A DNA stretch of 64,000 bases. It comes from Alphaproteobacteria bacterium. Lineage in GTDB: Bacteria; Pseudomonadota; Alphaproteobacteria; SHVZ01. Every line of letters begins with the position of its first letter. Positions within the stretch are counted from its first letter, which is position 1. Under the pieces are notes generated by a model. It made no database searches and had not been told where the DNA came from. It saw only the letters and a program-made list of their open reading frames with translations. Below, piece by piece: positions 50,383-57,745 of the stretch. The position numbers and the translations under genes are program-made. Where the stretch lies: contig VGEN01000001.1 in the NCBI GenBank assembly GCA_016869285.1, positions 7,201 through 71,200 on the forward strand, written 5' to 3'.

Positions 50383-52374
50383 TCAGCTCTTCACCCTGAA
50401 GCGGTCGAACCAGCCGAGCATGATAGAAACCTCGGCCGCGAAGAGCGACGGTCGCATGACCCATGACGAATGGCTGGTGTTGGGGAAACGGACGAGCGAG
50501 GTCTCGACGCCGGCGAGCTTGAAGGCGGCGTACATCTGATAGGCTTCGGTCGGCGGCGTTCGCGAATCCGCCTCGCCCGCCATCAGCATGGTCGGCGTCT
50601 TCGCCCTATGCGCGAAGGCGAGCGGCGACCGCGCGCGGTACTTGCCCGGATTCTCCCAGGGCCTTTCGTTGCCCATCCAGACGAGCCCGTTGGTGATGCC
50701 CATGTCGGCGGTGAGCAGCCAGCTCTCCCACGCCGCCACCGGCTTGATCGAGCAGGCGGCGCGGAAGCGATGCGTGTGGGTGACCGTCCACAAGGTCAGC
50801 ACGCCGCCGCCGCTGACGCCGGTGACGAAGAGGTTCTTCTCATCGATGTCAGACCGCGCCGAGGCGACATCGACTGCCGCCATCAGGTCGTCGTAGTCGG
50901 GGCCGGGGAAGCGGTCGTGCAGCGCATTGGCGAAAGCTTCTCCATAGCCGGTCGAGCCGCAGGGATTGGTGAACAGCACGGCGTAGCCGGCCGCAGCCAG
51001 GAGCTGGTACTTGATCGAAAAGCGGTCGCCATACTGCGCATAGGGGCCGCCATGGATCTCGAGGATCATCGGGTGCGGTCCGGCGCCCTTCGGCTTCATC
51101 AGCCAGCACTGGACCTTGCGGCCCTCGCCGCCTTCGACCCAGAACATCTCGGCGCCATGGAAGCCGTTGAGGTCGCGCGCGAGATCGCCGTTGATCTGGC
51201 TGATCGTTCGCGCCGGGCCCGAGGGCGGGATCACCGCGATCTCGGCCGGCACGTCGACGGCCGAGCGCACATAGGCGACGGTGCCGTCGCTGGAGGCGGA
51301 GAAGCCGCCGCTGGCATAGGGCATCTCGATCGAGGCGCCAACATCCTTGGCGATCGGCGTCACCTTGCCGTCGAGCGTGACGCGGGCGATCTCACGTCGT
51401 CCCTCGGCCTCGTAGGTCACGAGCAGTTGCTTCCCGTCCGCGGTCCAGGCGACGTCCTCGATCGAGCGATCGAAGCCGGAAAGGATCTCCTTCCCGGCGC
51501 CACCGCTCATCGGCATCACATAGAGACGCCGGCGCTTGAACGAAAAGCTGCAGTCATCGGCGACGGTGTAGGCGAGCGACTTGCCGTCCGGCGAGGCCGC
51601 CGGATGGCTGACTCGGCCCGATTGCTTCGTCACCTGCCGCGTGCCGCTGCCGTCGGCGCGCGCGGCATGGATGTCAGTATCCGAGGGCTTCGCGTCCCAG
51701 TCGGGGCGGTTCGAGCCGGTGAACAGGATCTCGCTCGAATCGGACGACCAGACGAGGCCCGGCGGATTGAGATGCGGCATGCCGTTCCACCAGATGCCGG
51801 CGGTCACCTGCTTCGCCGGTGCCAAGCCGTCGGACGCGGCGACCAGGATCTGATAGCTGCCCTCCGGCCACTCGCCATAAGAGTCGTGGCGCCAGAAGGT
51901 GCGCTCGGTGACCTTGACGGGCGGCGACCAGACTGCGCCCGCGGGTGCCGTGACAAGACCGAGCCAGTTGGGCAGAGGCTCGTCGACGCGCATCTGGAAA
52001 GCGACGCGCGTGCCATCGGGAGACCAGGCGAGCTCGCGCATCGGCGCCGCGCTCTCATGCAGGGTTTTCGCAGTACCGCTGGCGGTGTCCAGGATCGCGA
52101 CCGCGGTCTTGCCGCCAGACTTCCTCAGCATCGCAATCCGGCGGCTGTCGGGCGCCCAGCGTGCGACCAAACAGCCCCTTGTCTCGGGGATCTCCTTCCA
52201 GCTCGCGCGGTCGCCTGAGAGCATCAGCGAATTCACCTTCTCGTCGACGGATATGTCGCGGATCGTGTGCAGGTACATGATTTGCCGCCCGTCCGGCGAG
52301 ATCTGCGCGTCGGCCGCGCTCTTGAAGGCGAAAACGTCAAGCGAGGTGAGCCGGCGCTGCGTGGCATCGTTCAT
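50383..52374 (-). CDS. S9 family peptidase (prolyl oligopeptidase / acylaminoacyl-peptidase-like: beta-propeller + alpha/beta hydrolase)
   Basis: 663 aa; GxSxG nucleophile GVSGGG, C-terminal Asp/His region. Confidence 0.8.
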   Translation of the reverse strand: MNDATQRRLTSLDVFAFKSAADAQISPDGRQIMYLHTIRDISVDEKVNSLMLSGDRASWKEIPETRGCLVARWAPDSRRIAMLRKSGGKTAVAILDTASGTAKTLHESAAPMRELAWSPDGTRVAFQMRVDEPLPNWLGLVTAPAGAVWSPPVKVTERTFWRHDSYGEWPEGSYQILVAASDGLAPAKQVTAGIWWNGMPHLNPPGLVWSSDSSEILFTGSNRPDWDAKPSDTDIHAARADGSGTRQVTKQSGRVSHPAASPDGKSLAYTVADDCSFSFKRRRLYVMPMSGGAGKEILSGFDRSIEDVAWTADGKQLLVTYEAEGRREIARVTLDGKVTPIAKDVGASIEMPYASGGFSASSDGTVAYVRSAVDVPAEIAVIPPSGPARTISQINGDLARDLNGFHGAEMFWVEGGEGRKVQCWLMKPKGAGPHPMILEIHGGPYAQYGDRFSIKYQLLAAAGYAVLFTNPCGSTGYGEAFANALHDRFPGPDYDDLMAAVDVASARSDIDEKNLFVTGVSGGGVLTLWTVTHTHRFRAACSIKPVAAWESWLLTADMGITNGLVWMGNERPWENPGKYRARSPLAFAHRAKTPTMLMAGEADSRTPPTEAYQMYAAFKLAGVETSLVRFPNTSHSSWVMRPSLFAAEVSIMLGWFDRFRVKS

Positions 52375-52384
52375 GGATTTGCTT

Positions 52385-53209
52385 TCAGATCGAAGGAAAA
52401 GGCCAGACGCGAGGGAACAGAGCGCAATCCATTCTGTCGCCGTGCTTCAGGCCCGGATCGGATGTGGGGATCGCGACCTCGCCGGAATGCACGCAGTAGC
52501 GCGCATCGTCGCCGGTCCAGCGCGTCGCCAGCGCGCGGCGCCGATGCGTCATCGAGGCGTTGCCCGGCGCTCCATGGACGATCATCGCCTGGAAGACGAG
52601 GCAGTCGCCCGGCTCCATCTCATAGGCGACGATGTCGTAGGCCGAGCGGTCGACATCGATATCCGGCATCGCCTCCAGCGCGCGCTCGCGATAGGGGCTG
52701 CCATCGCTGAAGTGGTAAGGCAGGAAAGTGCGGTTCCACTCATGCGAGCCGCGGACATACTCTACTGCGGTCGGCTTCGGGACGGGATCGAAGGGAAGCC
52801 AGATCGAGCAGACCTGGCGGCCCGAAACCGCCCAATAGGGCTGGTCCTGGTGCCAGGGCGTGCGCTCGGCCGTTCCTGGCTCCTTCACCAGGAGCTGGTC
52901 GTAGAAGAAGTTGACCTTGGACGCGCCCATGACGCGCGCGGCGATCTGAGCCGCCGGCGACTCGAAGACGAAGCGGCGGAAACGCGGCAACCGCTGCCAC
53001 ATATCGAGATCGCCGAAGAAGCCGCCGGGGTTGCCGGGCTTGGTATAGCTCTCTCCATGCCGGCCGGGCTTCGCCATCGCCTCGGCGACGGCCGCCGCCA
53101 TGAAATCGATCCAGTCGCGATCGAACATGCGGCGGAGGCACACGACGCCGTCGCGCTCATAGGCGGCAACCTCGGCCTCGCCGATCGGGCTCAGCGGGTC
53201 GCGGTTCAT
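52385..53209 (-). CDS. phytanoyl-CoA dioxygenase (PhyH) family Fe(II)/2OG oxygenase
   Basis: 274 aa; HxD motif in WHQDQPYW and distal His (IVHGAPGN region). Confidence 0.75.
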   Translation of the reverse strand: MNRDPLSPIGEAEVAAYERDGVVCLRRMFDRDWIDFMAAAVAEAMAKPGRHGESYTKPGNPGGFFGDLDMWQRLPRFRRFVFESPAAQIAARVMGASKVNFFYDQLLVKEPGTAERTPWHQDQPYWAVSGRQVCSIWLPFDPVPKPTAVEYVRGSHEWNRTFLPYHFSDGSPYRERALEAMPDIDVDRSAYDIVAYEMEPGDCLVFQAMIVHGAPGNASMTHRRRALATRWTGDDARYCVHSGEVAIPTSDPGLKHGDRMDCALFPRVWPFPSI

Positions 53210-53214
53210 CGGTT

Positions 53215-53390
53215 CGTCTTCGTGTCCCCTCTCCCGCGAAGCGGGGGAGGGCTAGGGAGGGGGCGAGCGCAGCGTGGCGAACGCCGTCCGCATGACGACC
53301 GACGCCATATGCCACTCTCAGTCACGTCGGCAGGAACTCCTCGCTTCGTTCGCCCCCTCCCCGCTCTCGCCCGCTTCGCGGGAGAGTAGG
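53215..53390. repeat. REP/RIME-like palindromic element, copy C
   Basis: Left arm TCGTGTCCCCTCTCCCGCGAAGCGGGGGAGGG (25-mer identical to copy B right arm) and inverted partner ...GCCCGCTTCGCGGGAGAG about 70 bp downstream. Confidence 0.7.
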
Positions 53391-53481
53391 TACGATCACG
53401 GAAGCAATGCATCCGAACGGATCGGACGCTAGCCTAGGAACCGGGCCGGGCGAGCGCAAGGCGCGGACACCCTGGGTGGAA

Positions 53482-54678
53482 ATGGTCGATAGGGCGAAGA
53501 TCAGGGCGCTTCTGGACACAAGGAAACCCGGGCACACGCTGCCCCAGGAATTCTATCGCGATCCCGAAATCCACGAATCCGATCTCGACGCGATCTTCGG
53601 CCGGACGTGGCTGTTCGCCGGCCTCGATCTCGACATACCGAAGCCGACCGGCTGGGTAACGGTACAGATCGGCCGCAGCTCGATCCTCCTCATCCGCGGC
53701 CATGACGGAAAGCTCCGCGGCTTCTTCAACACCTGCCGCCATCGTGGCGCGCAGATCTGCAGCGAAGCGAGCGGGCGCGCGAGCCGGCTCATCTGTCCTT
53801 ATCACCAATGGACCTACGGGCTCGATGGCAGCCTGCTGACCGCCGCTGGCATGCCCCAGGGCTTTGACCGGGCGAGCCATGGGCTCAAACCTGTTCATCT
53901 CGAAGAGGTCGCCGGCACGCTCTTCCTCTGCCTCGCCGAGAAGCCGCCCGATTTCGCGCCGATCCGCGCCGGCCTCGAACCCTTGCTGGCGCCGCACGCG
54001 CTCGGCGATGCCAAGATCGCGCATGAAACCTCCATTGTCGAAAAGGGCAACTGGAAGCTCGTGATGGAGAATGCGCGCGAGTGCTACCACTGCCCGGCGC
54101 AGCATCCCGAGCTGATGAAGTGCTTCCCGGAGATCCCCCGGAAGAAGCACCGGACCGACGAGCCGGCGACGGCCGCGTTCATCGAGAAGTGCAAAGCGCA
54201 GGGACTCCCGACCGGCCCCTTCACCCATGACGGCTTCGAGGCGAACCGCTTCCCGCTTCGCAACGGCGCGCGCTCCTTCACCCTCGACGGCAAGCCGGCG
54301 GTGAAAAAACTGCTCGGCAATGTGGGCGACGGCGATGTCGGCTCGCTCCGCTTCGCCCTCGACCCCAACAGCTTTGCCCACGCGGTCGGCGACTACGCCT
54401 TCATCTTCTGGTGCTGGCCGAAAGGACCGGAGGAAACGCTCGTCCACATGAAGTGGGTGGTGAACAAGGAAGCCGTCGAGGGCGTCGACTATGACCTCGC
54501 GCGCCTGACCCAGCTCTGGCAGACGACCAACGACCAGGATCTCTGGCTGGTCGAGAACAACCAGCGCGGCGTCAACTCACTGGGCTTCCAGCCCGGCCCC
54601 TACTCCGCCGACTCCGAACGCACTCTTATTCAGTTCACCGACTGGTACGTGACCCAGACCCGAAAGGCGCTGCGCTAA
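53482..54678 (+). CDS. Rieske non-heme iron oxygenase alpha subunit (GbcA/Stc2/CntA-like N-demethylating oxygenase candidate)
   Basis: Rieske CxH...CxxH (CRHRG...CPYHQW) and mononuclear iron region (NARECYHCPAQHPEL); start at internal ATG MVDRAKIR. Confidence 0.8.
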   Translation: MVDRAKIRALLDTRKPGHTLPQEFYRDPEIHESDLDAIFGRTWLFAGLDLDIPKPTGWVTVQIGRSSILLIRGHDGKLRGFFNTCRHRGAQICSEASGRASRLICPYHQWTYGLDGSLLTAAGMPQGFDRASHGLKPVHLEEVAGTLFLCLAEKPPDFAPIRAGLEPLLAPHALGDAKIAHETSIVEKGNWKLVMENARECYHCPAQHPELMKCFPEIPRKKHRTDEPATAAFIEKCKAQGLPTGPFTHDGFEANRFPLRNGARSFTLDGKPAVKKLLGNVGDGDVGSLRFALDPNSFAHAVGDYAFIFWCWPKGPEETLVHMKWVVNKEAVEGVDYDLARLTQLWQTTNDQDLWLVENNQRGVNSLGFQPGPYSADSERTLIQFTDWYVTQTRKALR

Positions 54679-54829
54679 GGAGCGACACCGCCACCTCACC
54701 CGCCTCGGCCCGTTAATCCGACCCCTGTCAAAGGCCGGACCCTCTGCCCAGGATAATTGTCCGCGAAAATCGGCTTTACTCGCCAACGGAATTTATCCCG
54801 GAAGTCTATGAAGCTCAGTCGTTCCTCCT

Positions 54830-54850
54830 CCCCTGCGCAGCAGGGCGGGG
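54830..54850. terminator. weak GC hairpin between convergent Rieske oxygenase and aldo/keto reductase genes (candidate bidirectional terminator)
   Basis: CCCCTGC-GCA-GCAGGGCGGGG stem-loop; no U-tract. Confidence 0.2.
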
Positions 54851-54870
54851 GTACGAGGAAGGCGCTCGCC

Positions 54871-55899
54871 TCACACCGGCGGCGGATTGCGGTCGAGGCT
54901 GGTGCGGCGCTGGTGCCAGTAGGGATAGGCGAGCGGGCGCGCGCTCACCTCGTCGAGGCGCTTGATCTGATCCGGCGTCAGCTTGAACTCGACGGCGCCG
55001 AAATTCTCCTTGAGCTGGGCTTCGGTGCGGGCGCCGACGACGACGGTCGAGACCGTCGGCCGCGACATCACCCAGTTGAGCGCGACCTGGGAGACGGTCT
55101 TGCCGGTCTCCTTGGCGATCGCCTCCAGCATGTCGACGATGTCGTAGAGCTGCTCGTCGGGGATCTGCGGGCCCATGGCGCCGATCTGGGCAACGCGGGT
55201 TCCTTCCGGCGCCTTCTGCCTGCGGTTGATCTTGCCGGTGATCTTGCCGCCGGCGAGCGGGCTCCACACCACGGCGCCGACTTTCTCGGCGATCCCAAGC
55301 GGCATCAGCTCCCATTCGTAGTCGCGGCCGATCAACGAATAGTAGACTTGGTGCGCGACATAGCGGCTCCAGCCGTAGCGGTCGGCGACGCTCAGCGACT
55401 TCATCAGGTGCCAGCCGGAGAAATTCGAGCAGCCGACATAACGGACCTTACCTGACGTCACCAGGTCGTCGAGGGCGCAGACCGTTTCCTCGATCGGCGT
55501 CTTGGCATCGAAGCCGTGCATCTGCCAGAGATCGATATGGTCGATCCTCATGCGTCTCAGGCTCGCCTCGCAGGCGGCGATCAGGTGGTGGCGCGAGGAG
55601 CCCACCTGGTTCGGGCTCGGGCCCATGCGGAAGGTCGACTTGCCCGAGATCAGCAGCCGGTTGCGCTTGCCGGCGATCGCCTGGCCCAGGATCTCCTCGG
55701 CGGCGCCGGCCGAGTAGGCATCCGCCGTGTCGAACAGGGTGACGCCGGAATCCAGGCACATGTCGATCATGCGCGTCGCCTCGGCGACGTCGGAATTGCC
55801 CCAGGCGCGGAAGAAGTCGTTGCCGCCGCCGAAGGTGACCGTGCCGAAGCTTAAGACAGGCACGCTGAAGCCCGATCCGCCGAGCAGACGATGTTCCAT
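54871..55899 (-). CDS. aldo/keto reductase
   Basis: 342 aa; AKR catalytic tetrad region (DTADAY..., ...HGFD..) and typical length. Confidence 0.85.
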   Translation of the reverse strand: MEHRLLGGSGFSVPVLSFGTVTFGGGNDFFRAWGNSDVAEATRMIDMCLDSGVTLFDTADAYSAGAAEEILGQAIAGKRNRLLISGKSTFRMGPSPNQVGSSRHHLIAACEASLRRMRIDHIDLWQMHGFDAKTPIEETVCALDDLVTSGKVRYVGCSNFSGWHLMKSLSVADRYGWSRYVAHQVYYSLIGRDYEWELMPLGIAEKVGAVVWSPLAGGKITGKINRRQKAPEGTRVAQIGAMGPQIPDEQLYDIVDMLEAIAKETGKTVSQVALNWVMSRPTVSTVVVGARTEAQLKENFGAVEFKLTPDQIKRLDEVSARPLAYPYWHQRRTSLDRNPPPV

Positions 55900-55987
55900 G
55901 GGAGGTAGTCCGTTACGAGTGAGAGGAAATAGCTTAGCCGAACGGGGGCGGAGACGGCTAACATGCTAACGTAGATCGTGGAGGCGC

Positions 55988-56374
55988 ATGGCAAGGATCC
56001 TGGTCATCGAGGACGACAACGCTCTGTGCACGGCGCTGGGCATGATGCTCACCAGGGCCGGGCATGAGCCGGTGCTGTTCGAAAGCGCCATCCCGGCGAT
56101 GGAGAGCTTCGCCTCGGACAGCGCCTTCGATCTCGTCGTCACCGACATCCTGATGCTGGAGATGGACGGCATCGACGTGATCCGAGCGTTGCGGAAGCGC
56201 GGCGACACACCGCTTATTCTCGCGATTTCCGGCGGCGCCTCGGCGCTCCACGGCGACCTCCTGAAGGCCGCGCTCAGCCTCGGCGCCCAAGGCACGCTGC
56301 TGAAACCCTTCACCAAGGACGTGTTCCTGAAGAAGGTCGCGGACCTGCTCGCCGGCCCGGCGAACAGCGCCTGA
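55988..56374 (+). CDS. single-domain response regulator (CheY-like receiver)
   Basis: 128 aa; acidic pocket (IEDD), phospho-acceptor Asp in DLVVTDILM, conserved T/S and K (LKPF). Confidence 0.8.
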   Translation: MARILVIEDDNALCTALGMMLTRAGHEPVLFESAIPAMESFASDSAFDLVVTDILMLEMDGIDVIRALRKRGDTPLILAISGGASALHGDLLKAALSLGAQGTLLKPFTKDVFLKKVADLLAGPANSA

Positions 56375-56464
56375 AGGCACCGTCGCCGGGGCGGCGGGCG
56401 CCCGGAAGGGGAAGGCGCGCCCCTGCCCTTTGCGATCTCCCCCCTGCCGCGATAGCGTCGGCGC

Positions 56465-57607
56465 ATGTCAGCGGAGACCTCGCCGTCGATCATCGCGCTC
56501 GCTAACCGCTTCGCCTACGACCCGGCCGACTCCGACGATGTGCGATCGGAAAAGAACGCGATTCTTCTGCTCGCAGGCTCCTGCTGCCTCGCCGGCCTCA
56601 TCTGGTCCTGGGTCTACCTTTCCTTCTTCGGTCCCGGCCTGACGGCAGCGCTGCCCTTCGCCTTCACAGCGATCGTCGGTCCGGCGCTGGCCGTTTCGCA
56701 TGTCACGCGCAACCATCGGATCGCGATCTACGCCCAGATCGTCTGCATCATCTACGTCACGACCCTCGTCCAGTTCAGCATCGGTGACGTGCTCGACTCC
56801 GGCTTCGTCATGGTGTGGGCGTTCCTCGGGCCGCTGGTCGCGCTGATGTTCTTCTCCGTCGGACAGGCGGCCGTCTGGTTCGCGCTCTTCCTGCTGAACG
56901 TCCTCGCCGCCGTCCTCTTCAGCGACTTCTTCGCCGCGCATGGACAGTCGGTCGTGCATGGCCAGCGGCTCGCCTTCTTCGCGATGAACCTCGGCATCTC
57001 GTCGTCGATCATCTTCGCCTTCGCCACCTACTACGTCAGGACCGCGCTGACCGAGAAGCAGAAGGCGGACCGGCTGCTGCTGAACATCCTGCCGGCGAAG
57101 ACGGCGCGAACCCTCAAAGTGCGCGAAGGCGTCATCGCCGAGGAGTTCGAGAGCGTCAGCGTGCTGTTCGCCGACATCACCGACTTCACCGAATATGCGA
57201 GCGGAAAAAAGCCGACGGAAGTGGTGTCGAAGCTGAACGAGATCTTTCATCGGTTCGATCAGCTGGCGGATCGCTACGGCCTGGAGAAGATCAAGACGAT
57301 CGGCGACGCCTACATGGCGGTCGGGGGCCTGTCGGAGCCGAGCGAACGACATTGTCATGCCATCGCGGGGATGGCGTGCGCGATGATGGAATCGATCAAG
57401 GCGGTCGATCGCGGCGGAGGCCGGACCTTCTCGATCCGCATCGGCATCCATACCGGTCCGGTGGTAGCCGGCGTCATCGGCACGAGAAAATTCGCCTACG
57501 ATCTGTGGGGTGACACGGTCAACGTCGCAAGCCGGCTCGAATCCAGCGGCGTCCCCGGACGCATCCAGGTCAGCGAGGAGGTCTACAGGCGCCTCCAGAC
57601 CGACTAA
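56465..57607 (+). CDS. membrane-anchored class III adenylate/guanylate cyclase, interrupted by an in-frame TAA 26 codons before the natural end
   Basis: 6-TM N-terminus then CHD domain (VLFADITDFT, KTIGDAYMAVGG, GIHTGPVVAGVIG, WGDTVNVASRLES); in-frame continuation 57608-57685 encodes VFEKRGTVILKGKGAIDTYFLIAPR, the conserved CHD C-terminal strand. Confidence 0.75.
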   Translation: MSAETSPSIIALANRFAYDPADSDDVRSEKNAILLLAGSCCLAGLIWSWVYLSFFGPGLTAALPFAFTAIVGPALAVSHVTRNHRIAIYAQIVCIIYVTTLVQFSIGDVLDSGFVMVWAFLGPLVALMFFSVGQAAVWFALFLLNVLAAVLFSDFFAAHGQSVVHGQRLAFFAMNLGISSSIIFAFATYYVRTALTEKQKADRLLLNILPAKTARTLKVREGVIAEEFESVSVLFADITDFTEYASGKKPTEVVSKLNEIFHRFDQLADRYGLEKIKTIGDAYMAVGGLSEPSERHCHAIAGMACAMMESIKAVDRGGGRTFSIRIGIHTGPVVAGVIGTRKFAYDLWGDTVNVASRLESSGVPGRIQVSEEVYRRLQTD

Positions 57608-57715
57608 GTGTTCGAGAAGCGAGGCACGGTAATCCTGAAAGGCAAGGGCGCGATCGACACGTACTTCCTGATCGCCCCCAGATGAGGGCCTGGCGCGCCG
57701 ACGCGGTGACCGCTT

Positions 57716-57738
57716 GACCTTCCAGTAAGTGGAAGGTC
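57716..57738. promoter_or_regulatory. CueR/HmrR (MerR-family) copper-responsive operator within copA promoter
   Basis: Perfect dyad GACCTTCCA-GTAAG-TGGAAGGTC overlapping a TTGACC -35 (57714-57719); arms ACCTTCC / GGAAGGT with 7-bp spacer match the E. coli PcopA CueR box. Confidence 0.65.
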
Positions 57739-57745
57739 CATATGA

